The position numbers and the translations under genes were made by a program. 64,000 nucleotides of DNA, from positions 2,241,793 through 2,305,792 of the forward strand of contig MU053493.1 in assembly GCA_013239625.1 (NCBI GenBank), written 5' to 3'. The stretch is from Lama guanicoe (taxonomy: Eukaryota). The notes under the pieces are model-generated. The model did not search any database, was not told where the DNA came from, and worked only from the letters and a program-made list of their open reading frames with translations. Below, piece after piece: positions 13,696 through 27,815 of this stretch (position 1 is its first letter; every line of letters begins with the position of its first letter).

Positions 13696-14721
13696 ATGCC
13701 TCCTTCCTCCAGCCTTCAACTCAAAACCTCCCAGGAGGAACCCAGAAAGGCCCCTCCTGAGACCCAGTTGCAGTCAGGAATTCTCACAGAAAACCCACTA
13801 CCTCTGTCTTTCTCTTCACAGCTGAGTTCTCTTTGCCATCATGGGAGTGATTTGTACTCCTTTTCCAAAATCAGTGCCCATGGGGACTCGGCAGTAAGAG
13901 CTCAAACCACTGGTTTTCTACAAGCAAGCAGCAAGGGGTCAGGGCTATGTATGTTCAGCTTTAGAAACTGTAGAAGGGATTTCTTTACATCACCAAGAAG
14001 AGCCTAAGATGAGATCAAAGAACTGACGCTGAGTTAAATGACCCTTAACAAACATACCACAGGAAATCACAACGTGCCGGTGAACCCGGGCAGAAGAGGG
14101 CAAAGCTGTCAGGGTTAGGGGGACCCCACAACTGCCACATTCGCTCTGTTTCTGGTCCCTGATTCCCAGTGAGCGCTGCCCATCCTGGGCCCACGTGCCC
14201 TGCTTCTAGGATACATGCTGCCTGTAAGCCGAGGACCAGGTGTGCTCAGGCCTCATCCCAGGATGCTGCCCACCGGCTCCCTTGCAAACCTCATCTTAAC
14301 TCACCCACCCCCCTCACACCCCTACTAGTGAAGGCCACCTCATGGGGGGTAAATACTCATCACTGGGGCCACCAGAACCCACCCTCAGCACAGCTGACAC
14401 TGCCAAGCAATCACGGCAAAGCCCAGATACACCTCAAAACCCTTCTCAATCCTTCCAGAAACTGCTGGAAGCCACAATCAACTGACGAGCATCAGCAGAC
14501 AAGGTGATGGTGGCCTGTGGCCATCCTGAATGGTCCCAAGAGTGGCCAGCTGGCCAGAGTGATGTCAGAAGGATGCTTTGCCTTCAAGGTGCTCCAAGAT
14601 GAGACTATTCCTCAAAGATATGCTAACTCTGACCTGCAAACGATTCCTTCCTTTCGCCCTCTTCCTAGATTAGTTCATGCTTAACTGCTAATTAATGTTC
14701 ATTCTTCCCCGCTTGGCATTC

Positions 14722-15224
14722 TTTTTTATTGAAGTATAGTCAGTTTACAATGTTGTATCAATTTCTGGTGCACAGTATAATGTTTCAGTCATACATATAC
14801 ATACACATACTGGTTTTCAGATTCTTTTTCATTATAGTTGCCACAAGATATTGAATATGGTTCCCTGTGCTATACAGTAGAAACTTGTTGTTTGTCTATT
14901 TTATATATTAGTATCTGCAAATCTCGAACTCCCAATTTATCCCTTCCCACCTCCTTTCCCGCCCTGGTACTGTAAGTTTGTTTTCTCTGTCTGTGGGTCT
15001 GTTTCTGTTTTGTAAATAAATTCATTTGTGTCACTATTTTTTTTTAGGTTCCACATATGAGTGATGTCATACAGTATTATTCTTTCTCTTTCTGGCTTAC
15101 TTCACTTAGAATGACAATCTCCAGGTCCATCCATGTTGCTGCAAATGGCATTATTTCATTCTTTTTTATGGCTGAGTAGTATTCCACTGTATAAATATAC
15201 CACACCTTCTTTATCCAGTCATCT
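14722..15224 (-). mobile_element. Young L1 3' end
   Basis: Reverse complement of the L1 3' UTR seen at 7700-8180. Confidence 0.9.
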
Positions 15225-16029
15225 GGAAATATGGATGGACCATCTTTAAACATCCACTTAGGGCCTGGGTATCATTCGGGCCTTAAGGAAGAACACTGAG
15301 GCCCTCCTCTCCCATGCGCCCCAGGCACAGGCACACTGCAGCTGATTACAGAAGTCAGAGCAGAGGCCCACATCCCAGAAAGACCAGTACCCACCAAAGC
15401 AGTACTCACCCAAACTTACAGGAAAAGTCCAAATCACCCCACTCAGAGCTGGTGGGTGAGGGAGGCGACAGATGATCCAGGGACACAGGGAAAGGCTGGC
15501 TGTGCATGGCCATCAGGGCCAGGGCCAGCCCAGGCCTTCCTGCCCTGCACAGTCTCCGGATGGTTATGAGCCTCGTGGCTGGCAGTCCTAGGGACATGCC
15601 TGGCTGCAAGCACTGCCCTGCCCTGAGACAGATGGCCCAGCCCCACAAGGCAGGTCCACCATGCCAGACACGCACCACCTCCAGGGGCACCACCCTCAAA
15701 GGCTGGTCGCTGCCAAGTTGGGGCACCTCTGACAGGTACCTCTGTCCCCTCATAGGGGGTTCCTTCCATCCTTCCCTGCAAACTGGCTTCTGCCCCCTAG
15801 TTAATCACATCTCCCCTCCTGAAGGAGTGTCCCCAAGTACTGAAGCCCTCTGCCCCTTCCCATCCAGTCTCCACTTCCTGCTGGGTCTCCCTTCAAAATT
15901 CCACAAGCGGTTGATACACCCACCCACCGGTTACCAGGGGAGAAGAGATGCCCGGCAGCCTGGTTCTCAGCATCTTTCCCACATGCCCTTCAGGAAAAGG
16001 CACCTGGCAAGGCACGGGACTAGGCACTG

Positions 16030-16860
16030 GATGGAGTACGGTGGGGTTCCTCAAAAAATTAAAAACAGAATTACCATTTGATCCAGCAATTCCACCTTTG
16101 GGTATACATCCAAAGAAAACACTAACTTGAAAAGATACATACATCCCCATGTTTAATGCAGCAATATTTACAATAGCCAAGACATGGAAACAACCTAAGT
16201 GCCCATTAATGGATGACTGGATAAAGAAAAAACATGGTATATGTATATATATGTGTGTGTGTGTGTATATATATGTATGTCATATTATATAGAGCATATT
16301 TTATACAGAATATATAATACATATACACACACTTAATGGAATATTATTCAGCCATAAAAAAGAATGAAATCTTGCTATTTGTGACAACATGGATGGACCT
16401 TGAGTGTATTATGCTAAGTGAAATAAGTCAGACAAAGAAACACTGTATAAGCTCACTTATATGTGGAATTTAAAAACAAAAAACCAAAACAACAAGATGA
16501 GTTTATAGATACAGAGAACAGATTGGTGGCTGCCAGACGTCAGGGGTGAGGAAGTTTTGTGAAATGGGTGAAGAGGGTGGAAAGGTACAACTCCCAGTTA
16601 CAAACTAAATGCCCTGGGGGTGTCATGCACAGCATGGTGACTATAGTTAATCACCATGCTGTGTGGTCTATTTGAAAAGTGCTGAGAGAGTAGACCTTAC
16701 AAGTTCTCATCACAAGAAAAAAACTCCGCAACTATGTGTGGTGATGGATGTTCACTAGACTTGTGATCATTTCACAACGTTTACAAATACTGAATCGTTA
16801 TGTTGCCCACCTGAAACTAACATAATAGTATATGTCAATTACACAACAATAAAAATTAAT
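16030..16860 (+). mobile_element. L1MA-like 3' end with an internal TA/TG microsatellite
   Basis: FLKKLKTELPFDPAIPPLGIHPK peptide; 3' UTR aagttctcatcacaagaaaaaa...cacctgaaactaa. Confidence 0.85.
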
Positions 16861-18233
16861 TAATTAATTATTTTAAAAACAACAGAAAGGCAGTGTGGGA
16901 TAGGGGTTAAAGGGGCCTGTGCCACCTGCATGCTGATAATAACTGCTGTTCCCGAGGACCAGGCTCCCAGGCCAGCGGCAAGCTGACAGAAGGTGCATGA
17001 TTCTGTGAGCCCTTCCTTTTGTGTGATCCCCACCCAGCCAAGCAGGAGAGCCCACACACCAGGCTCTTCCTCCCACACAGGCTGGGCTCTGTAATACGAG
17101 CTCCCCTCAGTCCCCTTGGCAACCTCCTGCACCCCAGACACGGACCGGGATGCAAAGGGACTGTCCACTCCCAAATCTGAGGATGGCAGTCAACCCTAAA
17201 GTTGTCCGCAGGGACCCCACCAAGGCAGCCAACAAAACAAGACCCGGTGGCAAGAGGGGCACTTCTGGGGCAGAGAGAGGGGACCGCAAGTCGAGACACA
17301 GCCCTAGACGTCCAGATAGAGAGAAAATGAAGAGAAGAAGGCATCCTGGAAGTGTCCAGTGTCCCCAAGAAGGGGCACAAGGCCATCACAGGAGTCCTGA
17401 GAGACCAGATATCACTGTGGACACCAGTCCTGGGTTCCCACTCCTCCTGGTCAACCATTCAGCTTGTACAGGCACGTCTCCTGTCTCCAGGACAACGGAC
17501 TCAGTGGATACATGACGGGTCCATGGAGACAGGCATCTCGTTTCACTTCTCAGTGATGTGCCTGCCCAGGGTGGGCATCTGTATCCTGTATCCATATGAA
17601 TATTTTTCTGCGAGATAACAGCCTATTAAGGAATACTCACAGACAAGATAATCTTATTTGGGGAAAATGTGACAGATGGGCAAATGAAAACAAATGCAAA
17701 CAGATAAAATGTCAAAGGTAGCAAGAGTCTCAAATCCAGAGACATAATATATAGTTCGAAATTTTAGACAGCAAATTACATGGTTCAGAATGCAACATCA
17801 GCTCTGCAATTTTTATAACTCAAATCTGCAATTCTTTTCATCCTCGAAATAATGAAACCAGTTATTTACATAATGGGTGTAATAGATTTGAAAAAACATA
17901 CTGTGTATTTTATTCTATGCTTAGTTTCAGAAACCACTGAGAATATGACCTCCCATCCTCCCATTTACCCCCTGCCAAAAAAGAAAAAAAGTCTATGCTC
18001 ACATTTATTAGGATTCATGGGGTAGGGGAGGGACAGTGAGCTTTCCCCAGCTTATTTTTACAAGGCATTCTTGGCTAAAACATCAAAAAAGAATGTCACG
18101 AGAACAATAAAGAGTTCAGACATTGGCCCCGTTCTTGGAGAGCATATGCAGGCCAGGGGCTAGAGGCTTGTGAAATCTCCCATTCCTTCACATCTTCACC
18201 AGCAATGTGTTTTAACATTCTTTAAATCCTGTT

Positions 18234-18418
18234 CTATTTTTTTAATTGAAGTATAGTCAGTTACAATGTGTTAATTTCTGGTGTGCAGCATAATGATTCA
18301 GTCATACATACACATATTCCTTTTCATATTCTTTTTCATTAAAGGTTATTACAAGATATTGAATATAGTTTCCTGTGCTACACAGAAAAAATTTGTTTTT
18401 ATCTATTTTTGTATATAG
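18234..18418 (-). mobile_element. Short young L1 3' end
   Basis: TSD taaatcctgtt at 18223-18233 and 18419-18429. Confidence 0.88.
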
Positions 18419-18459
18419 TAAATCCTGTTTGATTTGATAGACCAAATATACCAGTACTA

Positions 18460-18720
18460 ACAAGAACAGCAGCAGCTGATAATTATTAACTGGTCATCGT
18501 GATGCAGGCATAGCGTTAAAAATATTTGCATAAATTTTCTGATTTAACCCTCACAATGGTCCAAAGAGACAGGAATTATTGTGCTTATGTTATGGGTGAA
18601 AACACTGAGGCTTGGAAAATTAAAGCAGCATGCCCCAAACCTCATGCTAAAATTCCTAGGGATGACATAAGCTTAAGTATCTACTTTCAAAGTCCAGGCT
18701 GCCCACCAACCAAAGTGTCT
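18460..18720 (-). mobile_element. MIR
   Basis: MIR core tttaaccctcacaat...gaaaacactgaggct...tgccccaaacctca. Confidence 0.65.
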
Positions 18721-21274
18721 CCTTGTCATCAATTTCTCTGATTTAATTCCCAGTGAGGCTTTTACCAGGACTCAAATCACACGCCTTCTGTTGGTTGGCC
18801 ATTTATATTTGTTCTTTTTTGAAACTGCTCATTCATTATCTTTTTACTGATTTTTCTACTGGAATATTTGGGTTTTCCTTATGGATTTAAATTCAACCAA
18901 ATACTTTAATACATTTCCTACCAGAGGCAAATTTTTTTCTGGGCTTTCTGTCTGTATTTCATTTTACTGAAGTACCAGTAGGTACATTTCAATAGAGAGC
19001 TGGAACTTTTCCCCCTCATTCCTTTTCCTTTATAAAAATTTCCTTGAATGCAGTTTTTCTATTTCTTCCTTGGATACTAGTTTATTTTGGAGTTTGCTTC
19101 TCAGCAAGATGTGATGGTATCTTTTCATGGGAAAACATCTATGTCAGTAAGATTTTCAAGTGTATTAGAGTCGCACAGACCATGCTTAAATGCTTATCTC
19201 TGCACTATAGACCCCTAAGGTTCAATACAACTTTTTCTGCTTTGTGGGAAGATTCTTCTTACCCCATGATTCTTTATCTTACTGGTCTTCTCCAAGAACA
19301 AGCTTTTAGGTTTATTCATCAATTCTGCTATTTCTGTTTCTTAATTTTTCATCTCCAATTTTATCTTTATTCCTCCCTCCTATTTTTATTTGGATGTGGA
19401 TTATTGCGGGGCCTTTTTTTTTTTCCTAGTTTACTCAAGTTCAGTTCATTTAAAAAAATTTTTCTTGCTTAACCATAAAAACACTGAAACTATAAATTTT
19501 CCTGTGAGCATATATATCTGATAGAGAGGATTGCTACTATTCCTTTTAAAAAAATCTTCATTCAATATTTGGTATTTACAATTTCTGTGCATTTTTATGC
19601 CTTTATCACAAATGAAGGCTTCCTAAAATAGCATCATTGTTTTGTGCACTTTATATAACTGGTATCAGAATATTGTCTAACAGTTTTGATTTCCCCTTTG
19701 ATCCAAGGGTTATTTGGCCAAGTGCCTGTTTTCATTTATTCGTTTCTCTTTGCCTGCTTGCCTTTTTTTCAAATGATAATTAATTGTGCACCTAGCCCTT
19801 TCTTAAGTTCTAGCTTCACAGAACGGTGGTCACAGAACCATAATGTCTACATTTCACTATAAGCTGATGTTCTCCTCGAGACCTAGAATATAATCAATTT
19901 TTAAATGGTTCATCAATACTTGAAATAAATGGATACTTTCTAGTGGAATAACCATTGTCCTTTTATGTTATTAAATTATTTCAGACTTTACTCATCTTGT
20001 CTGATCTGTCAAAGACAGAAATGAGCAACTCAGAGACAATATCTGTGATTTTGTCAGTTTCTCACTGTATTTTCCACAGTTTTTGTTTTGAGGTTGTATT
20101 TTTAGTAAAGGTTCAAGAGGACTTTACCGTCACTGCAGTATTTTCCTTTTACCATAAAATAACCTTAGTCATCTTTTTTGATGTCTTCTGCCTTGATTTC
20201 ATATTGTTTCTTTTCCCTGTCTCTGTCTTGTACATCTTTGTCCATTATTTTTAACCTTTCTTGGGTCCCTTTATTTTACCTATGGTTTTTTTTTAAGTTT
20301 ATGGTACAATCTTATTTCCTGAGTAAACCTATTTTTGGGGGGAGTTTAAGCTGTTTACTGTAGGAACATCTACTACATCCAATCTACTTATCTTCCCTCC
20401 ATTATCCTGGGTACCTGACTTTTGATTTTCCCCAGCCTGCGGTTAGTACACACCCTTGCCCTTCCTGCCTCCCTCCCCGGCTCCTTGCAGCCCAGGTACA
20501 TCCTGGAGACAGTCCTGAGGACTGGGGCTTTCTCCTTCCTCCACATGGCAGCCCAGGGCCCTGCATGACCCAAGCTTGACCACCAGATGCTCTCAGGACC
20601 TCCACTCAGGAGCAGGGATGACACCTGGACAGATGTGGGGAGAAGGGGCTCGTGTCCAGCAACGGTGCCTGGTCCTGCCAGGGCCCCACGCCTGCCCCTC
20701 CAGCCTGAGTGAGGTCGAGGTTGGGTGGAGGGCAGAGAAGACCCCTCTCCCGGCAGCACAGCCAGTATTGCCCTGCCCCCTGCTTTATTCTGGGGTTCCC
20801 CACGAGCTTAGGGAAGCTGCAACATCCAGGTAGGTGGTAGGATCGATTCTGCCAAACTGTGACCACCACCCCAGAGCATTTTAGACCAGAACTGGACCAT
20901 GAGAAGGAAGAGAAGGAAAGAAGGCTTGTGGAGAGAAGCCGGGTGCGCGTGCAGCCCCGCATGCTTCAGCTTCCTGGTGGGATAATCTGAGTTTACACAC
21001 TCATCTAAAGTTAGCACAAACCGAATCCATGGACGAGACCCAGAGTGTGGGAGAAACAGGATGCCCAAACCCACTCCAACCAGACCCTGTGACACAGCCC
21101 CTGCCTGGGCGGAGGTGGGCGGCAGGAATGGGCAAGGCAGGTAAGTGTCTCCGACCCCCTGGGGCAGAAGCCACACAGGAGCTCCAGAAACGAGGGCCAA
21201 GTCACACAGGAGCTCCAAAGCCGAGGGCCGTTGCGGAGCAACAAGATCGCCCACCCACACTGGCCGGAAGGAGT

Positions 21275-21890
21275 GGACACTGAGTGCCACTTTGGAAAAC
21301 AGGCAGTAACTCCTACAGCTCAACACACGCATGCGCCCCCGCACCTCCCCTCTGCACACTCCCAGAAAGTGGGGGCGCACGCTCACCAGAGGCAGGGAAC
21401 CAGAGTGCATCCCTCAGCAGCGACCCTTGATCGCCCAACCTGGAAGACCCCGTGCCCATCGACAGCAGAAACGACAAACAAACGTGGTACATCCACCCAG
21501 CAGAGCACCTCCGAGCAACGGAGACAGACGGACCACAACCACATTCAACAGTACAGACGGCATTTCACACATACACTGCTCAGTGTAAGAAACCAGACAC
21601 CAGATCATACACGCTCTATGATTCCATTTATACAAAGTTCATAAACAAAAGTAAAATTAATATATGATGCTAAAGCTCAGAATACTGATTAACCTTAACC
21701 TTGGGAGGGGGGGTCCTAACTGAAAGTGGGGCTCATGGGGTGCAGATGAGATTCTGCTTCTTAATCCGGGTGCTGGTTACATAGAGATGTTCATTTTGTA
21801 AAAGACGCACTGAGCTATGTACCCCACAATTTGTGTAATTCTCTGCATGTACATTAGACTTCAACAAAAAGTACAAAAAAAAAAAAAAAC
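21275..21890 (+). mobile_element. L1ME-like 3' end; the 5' half is strongly GC-shifted
   Basis: Runs ccactttggaaaac...aagaaaccagacac...tatgattccatttatac...gggtgctggttaca...poly(A). Confidence 0.75.
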
Positions 21891-23276
21891 CAGGGCTGGG
21901 GAGAGAATCTGTTGCTAGGAGACAGAAACCAGGATTCTGGCTTTGACTACAGGTCCTAGGAGTCAGAGACTGGGTACATATACTGATGCCTATGAAGTGT
22001 TTCAGGGAACTTTAGTACCAGAGGAACACCGAGCCTGGCTGACAGCAGCCAGGTGACCCTGCATCCTCTGATCGCTGACCCCAGGGCCACAGGATGTGGC
22101 TGTGAAAGGAAGTTGCCCCCCTGGAGGGGCATCCTGCCCATCTCTGGTGTGGGAGGGGGCGGTGGTCCACAAGCTGTCCCTGCAGACTGGACCAAGGGGC
22201 CTGCAGATCATGCCCAGACCCTCACCTGGGGGACATGTCGGGCTGTGCCCTCTGGAGGAGGGTGCACTCCTAAAGTCTCTCTGGGAAGGACGGAGCAGGT
22301 GGACCTGAGCAGCTAAAAGGTGGGACCTGCTTTAAACACCTGTCTCTACCACGCTGCACAACTGCTTTTCTGGGGGGTCGCATCCTGCCTCCTCCAGGCA
22401 GCACCTCCCAAGAGAAAGGCAAACCTCAGGTGTCATTTAACATTTCCTAGAAGCCACATTAAAAAGCACAAAAAGAAATTAATAATATATTTCCCCAATC
22501 GAATCCATCAAAAATAGATTATCATTTTGACATGTTAACAGCAGAGAAAACTATTAATTAGCTGTTACAGGCTGTTTTATGGATGCCACATCTTTGAAAT
22601 CCAACTGGCTTTTCACAAACATGGCCTACCTCACTCAGTCTGCACCACGTACGATGTCACTTTTAGGAGTTCATCCCAAGGAAGTAACCAGACAAGTATC
22701 CAAAAATACATAAGAATGACCATGACGGTAAAAACTCAAAAAGGTGTGGGTCTTCTGGGCCCCACTCACACCCCTTGGGGAGTTGGAGGGGCCTCCTCTT
22801 GCCTGCCGGGTCTGCTCTGTCCTGTCCAGGCCAGCTGGGTGTGGCCTGCAGGCTCCCTGGCCTCCTTCCCGGACATTACCCACCTCTGCTGGGAGATAGG
22901 AGACCGGGACCCATGCCATTTCCCAAGTTCCCCCTAAGTGTGCATGTCCCCCTCCTTCCTCCAAGCCCCCATCCTCTGCCCATCAAGCCTCGTAGCCTCC
23001 CTGCCCTGGCTGAGGAGCTGTCCACGCTGACAGGCAAGACTGCTGTGCACTGGGGGTCCTGACGTTCCCCTTCGGGCTGGACACCTGCTTAGTCTTGGTG
23101 TGTGTTCTGTTTCCTCTCTGCCTTTAACCACAGCTGTGTGGGCCCCAAACCCTATGTTCCTAGCAGGCTCCCGTGAGATGTAGACACTCCCAGTCTATGG
23201 GCCACACTTCCCAGGGGAAGAGCCTGAGGGATCTCTTTGAATTAAACAGAATTAGTTAATTTAAAAACACGTGGGT

Positions 23277-23453
23277 GGGGAGGGTATAGCTAAGTAGTAG
23301 AGTGCACATTTAGCATGCATGCAGCCCGGGGTTCAATCTCCAGCACCTCCATTATGATGACTCACTAAATAAATAAACCTAATTACCTCCCCCTAAACAA
23401 TGAACAAAAAACCCCACAAACAAAATAAATAGAAACAAATAAAAATGTTTTAA
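23277..23453 (+). mobile_element. vic-1-type SINE, long form
   Basis: tRNA-Ala head plus aaataaacctaattacctccccc tail. Confidence 0.88.
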
Positions 23454-23911
23454 TATGTAAAGCATAAAGATGAAAAAATTAAACTCTGTGTTTAACATGT
23501 CCCAATTTCCAAGCACGGGCAAGATTCACGCATAAGGTAGACCAGTTATCCCCCCCAAAAAAAGGAAGCCATGTGTGTCCTTCACAACTGATTTTAGTGT
23601 GAAAAAATCCTAAAACTGCAGTAGACCCACTTATAATCTAACAAAAATTCTGATCACATAAGGCATAAAGATTAAAAATATTAAATTGTATGGCTAACAG
23701 ATCTTGGTTCAGTACACTCTGGGGATTGAAGGGAAGGAGAAGGCTACACATAAAAGAGCATCATCTTAATCTTCCTTCACTAATCACAGGACTTAGTCCC
23801 CGACAACACCACCCTTGCTAGTACTGCTACAGTTCTCTGACTTGAAAAATAAGCAGGTCCCAACTTCTGTCCCCACATACAGCTGAACACTGCACTCTGA
23901 ACATTTACTTA

Positions 23912-24220
23912 GTTAACAGACTTCCATTTAGAGCAGTTGGGAATTCATAGGAAAAACTGAGCAAAAAGTAGAGTTTCCAGGTACCGTCCTTTCCACACAC
24001 TCAATCTACTCCATCATCCATATCCCCACCCAAGGGGCACAATGTTACACTGGATGAACCTACCCTGACATGTCCCCATCACTCAAAGACCATGGTTTAC
24101 ATTAGGGGTCCCTCTTGGTGCTGTATGTTCTATGGATTTCAACAAATACTGACATTTTAGTGCCCACCATGATAGTATTATAAAGAATAGTCTCACTGCC
24201 CTAAAACCCCGTGTGCTCCG
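23912..24220 (-). mobile_element. L1MC/L1MD-like 3' end
   Basis: Runs tttagagcagtt...aaaactgagcaaaaagta...ggtttacattagggg...tagtctcactgccctaaaa. Confidence 0.7.
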
Positions 24221-24667
24221 TCATTCTAACAGTTTATCACAGAACTTGACACACAGATTAAAAAGTTCATAGGGAAGACATTTAAAAATAGAATTTTTAA
24301 AATTAAAGAAATACAAGAAAATTGCCCTAAGAAAAACCTCAACTTATTACAAGGTTATACTAATTGTAACATTGTGATACCAGTGTCAGAAGTCACAAAG
24401 AGACCAAAGGCAAAATAGAAATTCCAGAAACAGATCCACGTTATACAGTCCCCTGAAACCCTGGGATAACTGACCATCTGTTAAAAAACAAAACCAAACA
24501 CAATTCTACTTCATACCACATACAAATGTAAACATGCAGATTATAGATGAGCATGTAAAATTTTTTTAACTTATAGAAGAAATTATGAGAATTTCTGTAT
24601 AATATCAGGATATGGAAGTACTTCTTAAATAAGACAAAAATCATTGAAAATATTTACACATTTAGCT

Positions 24668-25595
24668 GATCAATAGGCACATGAAAAAATGCTCAATATC
24701 ACTAATTATCAGAGAAGTGCTAATCTGAACTACAATGAGGTATCACCTCACACCGGTCAGAATGGCCATCATTCAAAAGTCCACAAATGACAAATGCTGG
24801 AGAGGCTGTGGAGAAAAGGGAACCCTCCTACACTGCTGGTGGGAATGCAGTTTGGTGCAGCCACTGTGGAAAACAGTATGGAGATTCCTCAAAAGACTAG
24901 AATAGACTTACCATATGACCCAGGAATCCCACTCCTGGGCATATATCCAGAAGGAACCGTACTTCAAAAAGACACCTGCACCCCAATGTTCATAGCAGCA
25001 GTATTTACAACAGCCAAGACATGGAAACAGCCTAAATGTCCATCAACAGATGACTGGGTAACAAAGATGTGGTACATTTATACAATGGAATACTATTCAG
25101 CCATAAAAAACATCAACATAACGCTATTTGCAGCAACACGGATGTTCCTGGAGAATGTCATTCTAAGTGAAGTAAGCCAGAAAGAAAGAAAAATACCATA
25201 TGAGAGCGCTCATATGCGGAATCTGGAAAAAAAAAAGAACATAAATACAAAAGAGAAACAGACTCACAGACATAGAATACAAACTTGTGGTTGCCAAGGG
25301 GGTTGGGGGTGGGAAGGGATAGACTGGGAGTTCAAAATTTGTAGATCCTGACAGGCATATGTAGAATAGATAAACAAGATTATACTGTATAGCATAGGGA
25401 AATATATACAAGATCTTGTGGTAGCTCATAGTGAAAAAAATGTGACAATGAAAATATGTATGTTCATGTATAACTGAAAAATTGTGCTCTACACTGGAAT
25501 TTGACACAACATTGTAAAATGACTATAACTCAATTAAAAAAAATTTTTTTAAGTAAATAAAATAAAATTAGAAGTAAAAAAATGAATCAATAAAA
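24668..25595 (+). mobile_element. Young L1 3' end with an open ORF2 C-terminal fragment, inserted in an older L1
   Basis: [15 protein letters not shown]...TCTPMFIAA...WKQPKCPS...MWYIYTMEYYSA peptide; TSD ttacacattYagct at 24654-24667 and 25596-25609. Confidence 0.93.
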
Positions 25596-26339
25596 TTACA
25601 CATTCAGCTACATCAAAATTTAAACCTTTTATGGCAAGTGACAGTCTAGGGTCTAGGAGAAGATACTTGTAACATATTATTTTTGAAGTATCCACAATAT
25701 ATAGAGATCCTATAAACTGGCAGGAAAAGACAAATACCCCAACAGGAAAATTAACAAGGATATGAATAGGTAATTTAATGAAGAAGAAATCCCCATAGCA
25801 AATAACATAAAAATAAACTCAAACCCATTAAATTCAGGAAATACAAGCTAACACAATGATAAATACCCTAAGGCAGATTTACTATAAAGCTAATGAAGTG
25901 TAAGCTTCAAGACCCCCTTACTCGTGTGGTCGTCCCATGGTATTCACACAGTCATATGCTTCTGCAAACTTTGTAAAATTAATTGTTTGTGAACTTTTCT
26001 GAAGTCTAATAAAGAGGGAGTTAAACTGGTTGGGGATACCCTGATGTGATCTGTAGTCATTTTGGTATAATCAGATGAACGCTACCTTCCCCGGTAGGAT
26101 TGGTGGACAGTAATACTTCTGACCGGTTGCCAGCTCACCCCATAGCAAAATGAGGGCATGGGACCAGAGGTCAAGCCACTAAAAAACACAGCACCTACCA
26201 CCAGAAGGACAAGAAAGCATTTTAAGATTAGTCCCTGGACAAGAAAACCTGAAATGCCCTAACATTTTACCACCCATACATGAAAGAAACTTCATGGAAG
26301 TTTCTAAACTCTACAGTAATCCTAAATATGCTGAAATAA

Positions 26340-27690
26340 ACCTTTCTAGATTGTTAGGGGGATGAAAGGCTGGAGAAGAAGAGGCCCCTGTAGAGCTTGG
26401 AAAGACCTGAAATATTCCTGGGAATCTAAAAGTCCATGCATATGTGAAGCTGTGCCCACCATGCATATGTGAAGCTGTGCCCTCCAGAAAGGCCTGAGAA
26501 GGCACACGCTCTTGTTTCAGGATGACCTTGAGGCTCTACACAAGCAGGAAAGGAAGGCTAACTCAGAGTTGTCCACTGCCTGGCTGATTATTGAAGGTAT
26601 GTCCCAACATGCACATGGAGCCCATTGGCAAAGACTGGGACTGTTTTTGGATTCCAGGCATTTAAGGAAATTTCTAATCATTAGCATACCATCGAGATCT
26701 CAGAACAGAGACTTCAGTGGCCCCAGACAACAAAGAATACAGACTTCATAAAATTAATCCATAAAAGTTACCAGCAAAGAACAACTACAGAAGCTACAAC
26801 AACAAATCCTGGTGGGAAGGGAGAATGTGATTTCCAGAATTACGATGTGATAATATGCAAAATGTCCACTTTTTTAATGAAAAAAAAAACGAGGCATACA
26901 AAGGAACAGGAAAATATGGCCCAACACAGGAAGGAAACGCAATCAAAAGAATCTCTCTGAAGAAGCAGAGACACTGGACTTACTAGACAAAGACTTAAAA
27001 TTAGCTATTTTAAGTGTTAAAGAACTAAGGAAACCATGACTAAATTGGGAGTCCGAGACTTGCAGATACTAACTACTATACACAAAATAGGTAAACAAGT
27101 TTCTTCTGTACAGCACAGGGAACTATATTCAATATCTTGTAGTAACCTATAATGAAAAAGAATAGATGTATGTATATGTATGACTGAAACATGCTATACA
27201 CCAAAAATTGAAACAACATTGTAAACTGACTACAGTTAATAAAAAAGAAAGAAAAAAGAACTACAGGAAAGCAGCAGAATAATGTCTCAGCAAATAGAGA
27301 AGACAATAAAGAGAGTGAAATTATAGAAGAAAAACAATAAAAAAAATCTGGAACTGGAAAGTATACTAACTAAAATTTTAAATGCTTTTTGGGGGCTCAA
27401 TAGCAGATTTTAGCAAGAAGATGAAAGAATCAGTGAACTTCAAGACAGAGCCATTAAGACTGTCCAGTCTGTGAAACAAAAAGGAAAAAAATGAAGAAAC
27501 ATTAACAGAGCCTCAGAGACCCGTGAGACACCATCAAAGGCCTCCACATACACATTTTGGGGATCTCAGAAACACAGGAGAGAGATGGGGCACAAAGAAT
27601 ATTTGAAGAAATAATGGCTAAAAACGTTTCAAATCTAATGAGAAACATTCATCTACAAGTCCAAAAAGCTCAAGTAGGATAAACTCAAAC
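26340..27690 (+). mobile_element. Old L1M 5'/ORF1 region, with a young L1 tail nested at about 27041-27254
   Basis: Contains ggacttactagacaaagactt and aagaatcagtgaactt. The nested tail is flanked by aaagaacta(c)aggaaa. Confidence 0.75.
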
Positions 27691-27815
27691 ACAACCCTGA
27701 AATACAATGAAAACCACCAAACTGTACACTTTAAAATGATGAATTTTATTTTATGGGAATAATATGCCTACAATAAAAAATAAAAATAATAAAATTATTT
27801 TAATAAGCAATGCTA

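Noticed and set aside
16990..17640. LTR-like sequence here and at about 22740-23210
   Set aside because: Probably old ERV LTR relics, but I could not fix the family or boundaries well enough to report them.
9297..23131. Many 60-200-aa ORFs in GC-rich stretches, including possible ENTREP2 exon 2 or a nested gene
   Set aside because: No recognisable domain; they overlap in all frames; none encodes the expected exon-2 peptide or a MAGE-like protein.
24794..25351. 185-aa ORF as a host gene
   Set aside because: It is the L1 ORF2 C-terminus running into the 3' UTR of a truncated element.
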